Of a DNA stretch of 64,000 nt, positions 1 to 8,415 are shown piece by piece. Source of the stretch: Salinisphaera sp. (GTDB lineage: Bacteria > Pseudomonadota > Gammaproteobacteria > Nevskiales > Salinisphaeraceae); NCBI RefSeq assembly GCF_002729955.1, contig NZ_PBYA01000033.1, positions 5,494 through 69,493 on the forward strand. Direction: 5' to 3'. The notes beneath the pieces were generated by a model, which saw only the letters and a list, made by a program, of their open reading frames with translations, had not been told where the DNA came from and did no database searches. How positions within the stretch are numbered: the stretch's first letter is position 1; the number at the start of each line of letters is the position of its first letter. The translations under genes and the position numbers were made by a program.

Positions 1-541
1 CACAGCCGTTGCCGGGATTGGCCACGATCTTGAGCGGCTTCATCTGCTCGGGCTTGACCTGATCGAGCAGAAAACGGACATAGTCGTCGCGCTGGTCCAG
101 CGGCCTGCGTTCGCCGGTGTGCGCCGAATCGGCAAAGTCGTTGTCGTAGGCCCGCTTTTCGATATCGAACAGGCCGGTATCGCTCGAGATCGGGCGCGCC
201 TGTTCGCGCACGAACTTCAAGCCGTTGTAGTCCTTGGGGTTATGGCTGGCGGTCACCATGATGCCGCCGTCCGCGTGCTGGGAGAAGGTGCCGTAATACA
301 CCTCTTCGGTGCCGCACAGTCCGATATCCAGCACATCGGCGCCGCCCGCGGTCAGCCCGTCGATGAGCGCATCGGCCAGCTCTTCGCTGGACAGACGCAT
401 GTCGCGACCCACCACGACCGTCTTCGCGCCCAGTTCTGCCACGAAGGCACGTCCGATACGCCGGGCCAGCCCGGCATCCAGCTCGTCCGGCACCTTGGCA
501 CGTACGTCATAGGCCTTGAAGAACGGATAATACTGGCCCAT
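1..541 (-). CDS. manB: phosphomannomutase, N-terminal ~180 aa (gene runs off the left window edge)
   Basis: Own reverse-strand translation from ATG at 541: MGQYYPFFKAYDVRAKVPDELD...GGIMVTASHNPKDYNGLKFVRE. It carries the TASHNP phosphoserine loop of alpha-D-phosphohexomutases and is colinear with CpsG/ManB-type enzymes. No stop occurs before position 1, so it is missing from the ORF track. A 4-nt gap separates it from the manC stop. Confidence 0.85.
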   Translation of the reverse strand, partial: MGQYYPFFKAYDVRAKVPDELDAGLARRIGRAFVAELGAKTVVVGRDMRLSSEELADALIDGLTAGGADVLDIGLCGTEEVYYGTFSQHADGGIMVTASHNPKDYNGLKFVREQARPISSDTGLFDIEKRAYDNDFADSAHTGERRPLDQRDDYVRFLLDQVKPEQMKPLKIVANPGNGC

Positions 542-545
542 CGGG

Positions 546-2033
546 TCACTCCTTGGTTGGGTGCAGGGTGGAATCGGCGGCCGCCGCCGTGCCTGGGACC
601 GTGCTCCGGTCCGACGGTTCATTGTCGCTACGGCCATAGACGTCGTCGAATCTTACGATATCGTCTTCGCCGAGATAGCTGCCCGACTGCACCTCGATCA
701 GGTCCAGATCGACCTTGCCCGGGTTTTCCAGGCGATGCACGGCGCCCAGCGGGATGAAGGTGGATTCGTTTTCGGTAAGCAGGCTTTCACGCCCGTCGCA
801 GGTGATCTTGGCGGTGCCGTGGACCACGATCCAGTGTTCCGCGCGATGATGATGCTTCTGCAACGACAGCCGGCCGCCCGGCGTCACGCGGATATGCTTG
901 ACCTGAAAACGCTCGCCCACGGCGATCTGTTCATAACTGCCCCAGGGCCGGTAGGCCTTGCGATAGGCCGTGGCCTCGTCTCGACCGCTTTTCACCAGAC
1001 GCGTGACGAGCTCGCGAATGCGTTGTTCGCTGTCGCGATCGGCCACCAGCACCGCATCCGCCGTTTCAATGACGATGGTGTCGCGCAGGCCAATCGTGGC
1101 AAGCAGGCGATCCTGGCTATGCAGGATGCAGCCCTGGCTGTCTTCGGTGACGACATCGCCCCGCACGCTGTTGCCGTCTGCGTCGGCGCCCACGGCGTCG
1201 GCGACGGCCGACCAGCTGCCCAGATCACTCCAGCCGGCGTCGAGCTCGACCATCACCGCATCGTCGGCGCCCTCCATTACCGCATAGTCGATCGATTTCG
1301 ACGGGCTGTCGTCGAACGCGTCCTCGTCCAGGCGCAGAAAGTCGATATCGACATGGGCCCGGGCATGGGCGGCCCTGGCCGCGGCATGAATCGCCGGGGC
1401 CTGGCGCGCCAGAGACGCCAGGTAGTCGCCGGCCCTGAACAGGAACATGCCGCTGTTCCAGTAGTAGTCCGGATCTTCGAGATAGACGGCCGCACGGGCC
1501 CGGTCGGGTTTTTCCACGAAGGTCTGTACGCGCCGTACGCCGTCGTCCAGGGGCTCGCCGGCCTGGATATAGCCAAATCCGGGCTCGGGTCGATCCGGGC
1601 GTACACCGAACAGCGTCATCCCGCCGCGCGCGGCGCGCGCACGCGCGCGTCCCACCGCCTGCTCGAAGGCCTGGGCGTCGGCAACGGCATGGTCGGTCGG
1701 CATGACCAGCAGTTCCGCGTCGTCTCCGTGATCGGCGAGCGCCTGAAACGCCGCCGCGGCAACCGCGGGCGCGGTATCGCGGCGCGAGGGTTCCAGCATG
1801 ACCTGGCCCGGCATCCCGCTGGCCCGCAGCTGCTCGGCCATGACGAAGCGGTGTTCGACGTTGCCGATCAACAGCGCTGGACCCACATCGGCTAGCCGCG
1901 CCGCGCGCGCCAGCGTCTGTTCAAGTAGGCTGGCCTCGCCGTTAAGTGCAAGGAACTGTTTCGGCCGGCTTTCGCGCGACAACGGCCACAATCGGGTACC
2001 GATGCCGCCTGCAAGCAAAACGGGAATCAGCAT
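546..2033 (-). CDS. manC: mannose-1-phosphate guanylyltransferase / mannose-6-phosphate isomerase (bifunctional, XanB/AlgA type)
   Basis: 495-aa ORF. The N-terminus MLIPVLLAGGIGTRLWPLSRESRPKQF is the nucleotidyltransferase signature. A C-terminal cupin (GSYEQI...HRAEHWIVV) is typical of type II PMI. Confidence 0.93.
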   Translation of the reverse strand: MLIPVLLAGGIGTRLWPLSRESRPKQFLALNGEASLLEQTLARAARLADVGPALLIGNVEHRFVMAEQLRASGMPGQVMLEPSRRDTAPAVAAAAFQALADHGDDAELLVMPTDHAVADAQAFEQAVGRARARAARGGMTLFGVRPDRPEPGFGYIQAGEPLDDGVRRVQTFVEKPDRARAAVYLEDPDYYWNSGMFLFRAGDYLASLARQAPAIHAAARAAHARAHVDIDFLRLDEDAFDDSPSKSIDYAVMEGADDAVMVELDAGWSDLGSWSAVADAVGADADGNSVRGDVVTEDSQGCILHSQDRLLATIGLRDTIVIETADAVLVADRDSEQRIRELVTRLVKSGRDEATAYRKAYRPWGSYEQIAVGERFQVKHIRVTPGGRLSLQKHHHRAEHWIVVHGTAKITCDGRESLLTENESTFIPLGAVHRLENPGKVDLDLIEVQSGSYLGEDDIVRFDDVYGRSDNEPSDRSTVPGTAAAADSTLHPTKE

Positions 2034-2245
2034 CAGGTTTCTCCAGGTGCGCCGTAATAGTAAGGAAGGAGCGCGGCGCCTTCAGGGGTGCCGCAGGTTT
2101 TATAACAAAAATGATGCGTTAGCCGCGCGCGATGCAAGCGCGGGCGCGGCGTCTAGTATAATTTCTTGAAGTCGAGACCACGACCGGGCGAATCGTACGC
2201 CGGCGTGCGCTCTTACGCTTCTCAGCAGGACAGGACGATGCACTC

Positions 2246-3190
2246 GTGACACGACGCATAGCGACAAAGCCGTTCGCGGCCCTGCTGGGCGCGCTGCTTT
2301 TCGTGTCCACGGCGGCCACGGCGGTCACGCTCGACGAGCTCCAGCACGAAATCGATACCGGCAAGTTCGATGCCGCAGCGCGCCTGTCCCAGACCTATCT
2401 CGAAACCCATCCCGGCAATCGCGATGCGCGCTTCATGCATGCGCGCGCGCTGGCCGGCCAGGGGCATGTCGAGAAAGCGATCGCCGAGTACGAAAAACTC
2501 GCGGCGGATTATCCCCTGCGTGTGGAGCCTGCCAACAACCTGGCCGTGCTCTATGCCGACCAGGGCGAATATGACAAGGCCCGCAAGTGGCTGGAAAAGG
2601 CGCTGGCCACACAGCCGGCCTATGCGACCGCCCATCGCAACCTGGGCGATGTGTATACCGCCCTGGCCGAACTGGCCTATCGCAAGGCGCTGGGCACCGA
2701 CGACGATGACACCAAGCTACCGCTGACCATGCTCGATCGTCTATATTATGCGCAGGAGTCGGTCGCGCCGGGGAATGCGCCGACGCCGGCGCCCGCGAAG
2801 CGGCCCGCGACGCCGAATTCCAATAGCGATACGATCAGCGATCAGGCCAGCCGCAGCATCATCCAGACCGTGCGTGCCTGGGCGCAGGCATGGTCGGCGC
2901 AGGATTTCGACGCCTACACCGATTTCTATGCGGATGAGTACGATCCGGGGGACGGCATGACTCGGCAGGAATGGCTCGAATTACGCCAGGCACGCCTGAA
3001 CAAGCCCGAGGATATTCATATCCGTATCGAGGACCCCTCGATCACGCGGCTGGCCAATGGCGCGGTTCAGGTCGATTTCACCCAGGAATACGAATCGCCC
3101 CGCTATAGCGACCGGGTCGACAAGCAGATGGTGCTCACCCGCACCCCGGCGGGCTGGCGCATCCTGCGCGAAACCACGGGGACGAACTAG
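2246..3190 (+). CDS. secreted TPR-repeat protein with C-terminal SnoaL/Cds6-like domain
   Basis: 314-aa ORF (GTG start) with a signal-peptide-like N-terminus. TPR-like repeats are present (AIAEYEKLAADYP, YDKARKWLEKALATQPAYATAH). It pairs with the downstream L,D-transpeptidase gene. Confidence 0.7.
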   Translation: MTRRIATKPFAALLGALLFVSTAATAVTLDELQHEIDTGKFDAAARLSQTYLETHPGNRDARFMHARALAGQGHVEKAIAEYEKLAADYPLRVEPANNLAVLYADQGEYDKARKWLEKALATQPAYATAHRNLGDVYTALAELAYRKALGTDDDDTKLPLTMLDRLYYAQESVAPGNAPTPAPAKRPATPNSNSDTISDQASRSIIQTVRAWAQAWSAQDFDAYTDFYADEYDPGDGMTRQEWLELRQARLNKPEDIHIRIEDPSITRLANGAVQVDFTQEYESPRYSDRVDKQMVLTRTPAGWRILRETTGTN

Positions 3191-3194
3191 CGTC

Positions 3195-4418
3195 ATGTCG
3201 GTGCGCCAAGCCATCCATAGCTTTTTGTTGATCGCCTGCTACCTGATGCTAGCGGCAAGCGCGTTCGCGGCCGGTACCGAAACCCAGGCGGCGCGCAGCG
3301 GCGGCAAGGTGCACTCCAGCGCCGAGGCCCAGCTGCTGGCCGTGCTCAATCTGGCCCAGAAAGGCGACTACGATAGCGCCATCAACGATCTGTCGGATCT
3401 GATCGAGGCACGGCCGAACTTTCGCCTTGCCCAACTCGTTTACGGCGAACTCATGGTGGCGCGCACCGGGCGTAGTATCGACCCGGCAATCAGCGAAAAG
3501 ATGCGCGACCAGCGCGATGCCCTGCTCGACGAGGCCAAGAGCCGCTGGGCACACCGCGTGTCGGCAGCCACCGACGGGAAGGTGCCGGACGTGATACTGC
3601 AGCTGTCGCCCGAGTACGACAACGTGGTCGTGGTCGACCTGTCGAACAACCGACTCTATCTGTTCGACAACGAACAGGGCGTGCCCCGGCTCGTGTCCGA
3701 CTTCTATACCACCATCGGTCGCGGCGGCGCGGGCAAGCAGGTCGAGGGCGATATGCGCACGCCGATCGGCATCTATCACATCACCCGCTATATCGACGAC
3801 AACAAGCTGCCCGAACTCTATGGCGTGGGCGCACTCCCGGTGAACTACCCCAACGCCCTCGATCGGCTGCACGGGCGCACCGGCTACGGTATCTGGCTGC
3901 ACGGCGTGCCGCGCACCACCTATTCACGCACGCCGCGTGCCAGCGAAGGCTGCGTGGTGATCGCCAACGACGACTTCGAGTCGATTCGCGAGCAGGTGAC
4001 CATCGGCAAGACGCCCGTGATCATGACCACCGGCCTGAACTGGGTATCGGCGGCCGAGGTCGAGCAGCAGCGCACCGCGATGCTGTCGACGATCGAATCC
4101 TGGCGGCACAGCTGGCAGGCGATCGATACCAAATCGTATCTCGCCTATTACGCGCCCAGCTTTGTCAGCGACAAGGGGCTCGACAAGAAAGACTTCGCGA
4201 TCGAGAAGAAGCGCATCAACGCCACCAAGACGAAAATCGAGGTGGATTTGAGCGATATCACCATCATGCGCTATCCCGGCGAGGATCGAATGATGAAGGT
4301 GATGTTCAATCAGGCCTACACCAGCAACAACTACCACGCCGAAGACCGCAAGGTGCAGTACTGGCAGCAAAGCGACGACGGCGACTGGCAGATCGTGCTG
4401 GAAACCGAACAGGATTGA
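3195..4418 (+). CDS. L,D-transpeptidase family protein (YkuD domain)
   Basis: The in-frame ATG at 3195 gives MSVRQAIHSFLLIACYLMLAASAFA (signal peptide). The YkuD catalytic region is WLHGVPRTTYSRTPRASEGCVVIAN (His...Ser-x-Gly-Cys). The longer 3057 start overlaps the upstream gene and looks spurious. Confidence 0.85.
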   Translation: MSVRQAIHSFLLIACYLMLAASAFAAGTETQAARSGGKVHSSAEAQLLAVLNLAQKGDYDSAINDLSDLIEARPNFRLAQLVYGELMVARTGRSIDPAISEKMRDQRDALLDEAKSRWAHRVSAATDGKVPDVILQLSPEYDNVVVVDLSNNRLYLFDNEQGVPRLVSDFYTTIGRGGAGKQVEGDMRTPIGIYHITRYIDDNKLPELYGVGALPVNYPNALDRLHGRTGYGIWLHGVPRTTYSRTPRASEGCVVIANDDFESIREQVTIGKTPVIMTTGLNWVSAAEVEQQRTAMLSTIESWRHSWQAIDTKSYLAYYAPSFVSDKGLDKKDFAIEKKRINATKTKIEVDLSDITIMRYPGEDRMMKVMFNQAYTSNNYHAEDRKVQYWQQSDDGDWQIVLETEQD

Positions 4419-4883
4419 GTCGCGGGTAGGGTCGACCCGCAGCACGCGGTGGCTGGATGAAATCGCGGTTCGCAGCTGTCACGGCGTTGTCGCAATGAGG
4501 CTGCGCACTGGCCGCGCTGGCTGATCGCCTAACCACCCCCCCTGCCCGGGTCGTCGAGCGGCGTTCCACACGCGTGAACGCGCCGTGATCGCCCTGTCTT
4601 CAAACGATGGTGATGGTCAAAGTCGGCGCCTACCGGGCCATTCATGCAACGGTACGCGGCCAAGCCGCACCCTGCTCGCGTTTGGCATCCGTGTTTCGCC
4701 GGGCCTGGGGTCCTACCGCCGTGCGTGGGCGTCCTTGGGCGGCCCTGACTCACCCGCGCCTTTACCAACGCGGTACGCAGTAGCGGGCAGGCAGCCGGCA
4801 GGCGTCCACTTCAGGAAAGGCCGTTGGTGGCAGTGGATTGGTGGTGTTCGCGGCTATGGCGGCCGCAGGCGGGCATGCCGGGG

Positions 4884-5528
4884 TTACGGACGCGCGCTAC
4901 GCTGCTGGCTGATCAGATAATCCGCGACCTCGAGCATACGGTCGTTGCTGCCGGCAGTGCGCCCGGTCACGTAATAGCGCCCTGCCACCGTAATGCTCGG
5001 CGTGGCTGTCACCGGGAAAGCCTGCATGGCCTGGGCAGCTTGGCGCACTTTCTGCGTGATCTCGTCGCTTTCATAGACTTCGGCAAAGCGATCGCCATCG
5101 ACGCCCTGGTCGACCATGAAATCGCGCATGGCGGACTCGCTGAGCAGCCGCCGGCCCTGCTCATGAATTGCGGCAAAGATCTTGTCGTGCACCTGTTCCA
5201 GCACGCCGAGCTTTTCGGCGGTGTAATACAGACGCGCATAGGGCTCGCCGCCGGCACTGAAAAGTACGGGTACGCGCGAAAATTCGACGTCGTCGCCCAA
5301 CTGGTCGCGCCAGGTCTCGAGATCGGCCTCGAGGTGATAGCAGTGCGGACAGCTATAGAGGAAGAACTCGGTGACGTGGATCTTGCCGTCATCGGGCTGG
5401 TCGATCGGCTGCTTGGCGGCAAGATAATGCTCGCCTTCCACATAGCGCGAAATCATCAGCCCCTGCGCGTGGACCATCCCCACGATCAATAGCAGGACCA
5501 CGCCCGTTGCAATGCGCCACGTCTTCAT
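4884..5528 (-). CDS. dsbA: thiol:disulfide interchange protein DsbA
   Basis: Start trimmed to MKTWRIATGVVLLLIVGMVHAQG (signal peptide). CPHC active site in FFLYSCPHCYHLE. dsbA-cc4-engB-polA synteny as in pseudomonads. Confidence 0.92.
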   Translation of the reverse strand: MKTWRIATGVVLLLIVGMVHAQGLMISRYVEGEHYLAAKQPIDQPDDGKIHVTEFFLYSCPHCYHLEADLETWRDQLGDDVEFSRVPVLFSAGGEPYARLYYTAEKLGVLEQVHDKIFAAIHEQGRRLLSESAMRDFMVDQGVDGDRFAEVYESDEITQKVRQAAQAMQAFPVTATPSITVAGRYYVTGRTAGSNDRMLEVADYLISQQRSARP

Positions 5529-5567
5529 TCGTGCCCGACCTCTCTCAGGCGCAGCCGAACCCAATCG

Positions 5568-6473
5568 TTACTGCGCGTCGCTGTCGTCTTCGCTGGCCGC
5601 GGCGGCATCTTCGCCCGCATCGTCGGCCTCGTTGTTCTCTGCGCTGGCGGCCTCATCGCCAGCGGCCGCGCCGGCTTCCTGCTTGGCTGCTGCGTCAGCG
5701 TCCTGCGATTGCTGTTCGCTGGCGTCAACGGCCTCGGGCGAGGCTTCGCTTTCCGCGTCGTCACCGGTCTCAGCCTGGCCTGCCGCAGCGCCCGCCGGGC
5801 CGCCGGCATGCTGCATCAACGCGCCGTGGCCGCCGCCTTTCTTCTCGCCGGTCGCCGGCTGCAGCCCGGCCACATAGGAGGCCAGCGCCTGGATATCTTC
5901 ATCGCTGAGATTCTCGGCGACGCCATTCATGATGGTGGCATTGCGATAACCCGAACGGTCACCGCTGCGATAGGCCTTGAGCTGGGTGGCGATGTACTGC
6001 GGGGACTGGCCCGACAGACGCGGGAACTTCGCCGCTTCATTGCCGAGCCCGCTTGGGCCGTGGCAACCGGAGCAGGCCGGTACCGCATTCTCTGCGTCGC
6101 CGGCGTGATAGAGCATGGCGCCGGCAGGCGCGATCGACACATCGGCAGCGCCCGGGCGGGTCTGCTGGGACGCGTAATAAGCGGCGAGGTTTTTCATGTC
6201 CTCTTCGCTCAGACCCGCGGCCTGGCCGGCCATGATGGCGTTCTGGCGCTCGCCGGACTTGAACAGCTTGAGCTGTTCATAGATGTAGGGCGCGCCCTGG
6301 CCGGCAAGCTTGGGAAACTGGGCCGACTCCATGTTGCCCTGCGGGCCATGACAGGCCGCACACTGGGCAGAACGAGTCTTGCCGGCCTCGATGTCACCGT
6401 CCACCAACGGCTCGGCGGCGACGGCCCCGGCACAGATCATCAAGCCGAACAACACAAAAAGGCGCTTGGTCAT
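5568..6473 (-). CDS. cc4: di-haem cytochrome c4 with ~100-aa acidic low-complexity C-terminal tail
   Basis: Start trimmed to MTKRLFVLFGLMICAGAVAA. Two CxxCH haem sites (CAACHG, CSGCHG). The tail is GEKKGGG...DDAESEASPEAVDASEQQSQDADAA...EDDSDAQ. Confidence 0.9.
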   Translation of the reverse strand: MTKRLFVLFGLMICAGAVAAEPLVDGDIEAGKTRSAQCAACHGPQGNMESAQFPKLAGQGAPYIYEQLKLFKSGERQNAIMAGQAAGLSEEDMKNLAAYYASQQTRPGAADVSIAPAGAMLYHAGDAENAVPACSGCHGPSGLGNEAAKFPRLSGQSPQYIATQLKAYRSGDRSGYRNATIMNGVAENLSDEDIQALASYVAGLQPATGEKKGGGHGALMQHAGGPAGAAAGQAETGDDAESEASPEAVDASEQQSQDADAAAKQEAGAAAGDEAASAENNEADDAGEDAAAASEDDSDAQ

Positions 6474-6648
6474 GTCGTAGTCGTCTCCGACGCAAAACGG
6501 CAGCACAATGGCGCTATCCGAACTCTATCGGATTCTGGCTGCCCACTGGATATAGTCTTTTATTGTATACCACCCGCTGCGTACGCCACAGTCTTGCGCG
6601 CAGCTACGGCTGACTTTCTCTTACCCGTTCTCTTCCGGTTCGTCCTTC

Positions 6649-7263
6649 ATGACAAGCATTACGCCCGCCGATTTCAAAGCGATGCGCTTTGTGTGCTCGG
6701 CACCCAATCCGCGCGCCTTCCCGGAGCCGGCCGGCGCGGAAATCGCCTTTGCCGGCCGCTCCAATGCCGGCAAGTCCAGCGCGCTCAACGCGCTGTGCGA
6801 GCGGACCGGGCTTGCACGCACCAGCAAGACGCCCGGCCGCACCCAGGCCATCAACTTCTTCACCAGCGATCAGCTGCGCTTCGCCGACCTGCCGGGCTAC
6901 GGTTTCGCCAAGGTGCCGCCGGCGGTCAAGGCCGCCTGGCAGGCGCTCATCGAGGGCTATCTGGCCACCCGCACAACCCTGGCCGGGGTGGTGCTCATCA
7001 TGGACGCGCGCCGCCCGCTCATGGAGTTCGACCGCCAGTTGATTGACTGGGGGGAGGCCCAGGGCCTGGGCTTTCATCTGCTGCTGACCAAGGCCGACAA
7101 GCTGTCGCGCAACCAGCAGGTCAATACTCTGCGCCAGGTCGAACGCGACATGCCCGATGCCAGCGTACAGCTGTTTTCATCCACCAAGCGCCAAGGCATC
7201 GACGAGGCCCGAGCCGCCATCGCGGCCTTTGCCAACGGTGCCAATGAGCAGCGCGTCGATTAG
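6649..7263 (+). CDS. engB: ribosome biogenesis GTP-binding protein YihA/EngB
   Basis: 204 aa. P-loop GRSNAGKSSALNAL, DLPGYG switch and LLTKADK (NKxD-like) motifs. Confidence 0.93.
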   Translation: MTSITPADFKAMRFVCSAPNPRAFPEPAGAEIAFAGRSNAGKSSALNALCERTGLARTSKTPGRTQAINFFTSDQLRFADLPGYGFAKVPPAVKAAWQALIEGYLATRTTLAGVVLIMDARRPLMEFDRQLIDWGEAQGLGFHLLLTKADKLSRNQQVNTLRQVERDMPDASVQLFSSTKRQGIDEARAAIAAFANGANEQRVD

Positions 7264-7273
7264 CGAACTATAT

Positions 7274-7292
7274 GCAAATGCGAATCATTCTC
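7274..7292 (+). promoter_or_regulatory. candidate Fur box overlapping the promoter of the small ORF at 7331
   Basis: GCAAATGCGAATCATTCTC matches 14/19 positions of the GATAATGATAATCATTATC Fur consensus. A TATGCT -10-like hexamer follows at 7296-7301. Confidence 0.3.
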
Positions 7293-7330
7293 ATGTATGC
7301 TCGAAGCACATCCTTCAGGAGGGCTGACAC

Positions 7331-7531
7331 ATGGGATATGACATTCGGGCCTGGCTCGATCGAGAGGGCCGCCCCCAGTTGCAGATCATCGATATCGATT
7401 CCGGCCACGTGCAGCTGGCCTGGGACTGCGGCGGCGAACGTTCACCCGCTATCAAGTCCCTGTTTCATGAGCTGATCCTGCTAAGCGCACGCGAGGATCT
7501 CAATCGGCGCATGGTCGCGCCGCGCCGTTGA
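7331..7531 (+). CDS. hypothetical small protein (66 aa)
   Basis: ATG preceded by a strong SD (AGGAGG, 7 nt spacing). Balanced, non-repetitive composition. A hairpin plus T-run follows downstream. No family recognised. Confidence 0.55.
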   Translation: MGYDIRAWLDREGRPQLQIIDIDSGHVQLAWDCGGERSPAIKSLFHELILLSAREDLNRRMVAPRR

Positions 7532-7576
7532 CGCCGCCAGCCGCGCCCATATCGCGCGGCGACGACCGCTCATCGG

Positions 7577-7610
7577 AAAACCGGCCGTTTTAATCGACGC
7601 GCCGGTTTTT
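7577..7610 (+). terminator. putative intrinsic terminator of the small ORF
   Basis: AAAACCGGC...GCCGGTTTTT: a GC stem with a large 15-nt loop, followed by T5. Confidence 0.45.
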
Positions 7611-7653
7611 CTGTGGCATAAAATAGCCACAGCAAGAGATTGATTGCTCAGGG

Positions 7654-7770
7654 AATAAAAAAGCCCCGGCGGCAGGGGGAATACCGCCGGGGCGACCGAT
7701 CCGGCCTTGGGGGGGGGACCGGATCGAATTACCGCTCAGGGAGAAAAGCGGGCAAGTATTGCGCTTGCAT
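7654..7770 (-). ncRNA. C-rich-loop small RNA, copy A (sX13-like architecture)
   Basis: Minus-strand RNA: SL1 GCAAG-CGCAAUA-CUUGC; SL2 CCGCU-UUUCUCCCUG-AGCGG; SL3 CGAUCCGG-UC9AAGG-CCGGAUCG; SL4 GCCCCGGCGG-UAUUCCCCCUG-CCGCCGGGGC followed by U6 (terminator). The 5' end is inferred from the promoter at 7775-7802. Confidence 0.7.
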
Positions 7771-7774
7771 AGGG

Positions 7775-7802
7775 TCAGACCGGCAGCCAATCGGTTTGTT
7801 CC
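7775..7802 (-). promoter_or_regulatory. ECF sigma-E/AlgU-type promoter of sRNA copy A
   Basis: Minus strand GGAACAA-N16-TCTGA. Confidence 0.55.
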
Positions 7803-7872
7803 AAAAAAGTTGAAAAAATTTGCGGCTCGACGGCGGGCGGCTCTGGGGAGAGCCAACCTGCTGAATGAGCGC

Positions 7873-7984
7873 AAAAAAAACCCCGATGGCTGGGGGAAGC
7901 CTATCGGGGCAATAGACCGGTTCTTGGGGAAAACCGGATTCGGTTACCGCTCAGGGAGAAAAGCGGTCAAGCATCGCGCTTGTA
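7873..7984 (-). ncRNA. C-rich-loop small RNA, copy B
   Basis: SL1 CAAGC-GCGAU-GCUUG; SL2 CCGCU-UUUCUCCCUG-AGCGG; SL3 CCGGUU-UUCCCCAAG-AACCGG; SL4 CCCCGAUAGGCU-UCCCCC-AGCCAUCGGGG followed by U8. Confidence 0.72.
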
Positions 7985-7989
7985 GAGGG

Positions 7990-8018
7990 TCAGACCGTGA
8001 ACTCGGCGGGGGAGTTCC
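7990..8018 (-). promoter_or_regulatory. ECF sigma-E/AlgU-type promoter of sRNA copy B
   Basis: Minus strand GGAACTC-N17-TCTGA. Confidence 0.6.
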
Positions 8019-8075
8019 TGACCGAACCGGTTATTTTTTGCGGCGTGGACGCCCGTCCAGCAACAAAGCCGGCCA

Positions 8076-8191
8076 AAGAAAAACCCCGACGTCGTGGGGG
8101 AACGACGTCGGGGTAAATATTCCGGTTCTTGGGGGGAAACCGGATATCGGTTACCGCTCAGGGAGAAAAGCGGTCAAGCCTCTTGCTTGTA
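8076..8191 (-). ncRNA. C-rich-loop small RNA, copy C
   Basis: SL1 CAAGC-AAGAG-GCUUG; SL2 CCGCU-UUUCUCCCUG-AGCGG; SL3 CCGGUU-UCCCCCCAAG-AACCGG; SL4 CCCCGACGUCGU-UCCCCC-ACGACGUCGGGG followed by U5. Confidence 0.72.
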
Positions 8192-8196
8192 CAGGG

Positions 8197-8225
8197 TCAG
8201 ACCGTGGCCCTCGAGCCAGAGTTCC
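8197..8225 (-). promoter_or_regulatory. ECF sigma-E/AlgU-type promoter of sRNA copy C
   Basis: Minus strand GGAACTC-N17-TCTGA. Confidence 0.6.
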
Positions 8226-8289
8226 CGAGTCAGCCCACTATTTTTTCGCGGCGCGACCGGCTTGCTGGCCGAATTGGGAATCACCCCCA

Positions 8290-8410
8290 ATAAAAAACCC
8301 CGACGTCGCGGGGGAAACGACGCCGGGGCGAGTGTTCCGGTTCTTGGGGGGAAAACCGGATATGGGTTACCGCTCAGGGAGAAAAGCGGTTGAGCGTCGT
8401 AACGCTCATG
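8290..8410 (-). ncRNA. C-rich-loop small RNA, copy D
   Basis: SL1 GAGCG-UUACGA-CGCUC (stem sequence differs from B/C but pairing is retained); SL2 CCGCU-UUUCUCCCUG-AGCGG; SL3 CCGGUU-UUCCCCCCAAG-AACCGG; SL4 CCCCGGCGUCG-UUUCCCCCG-CGACGUCGGGG followed by U6. Confidence 0.72.
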
Positions 8411-8415
8411 GAAGG

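Noticed and set aside
119-757. 212-aa plus-strand ORF at the left edge
   Set aside because: It is antisense to a clear phosphomannomutase N-terminus (TASHNP motif) and to the manC 3' end. Its composition is junk-like.
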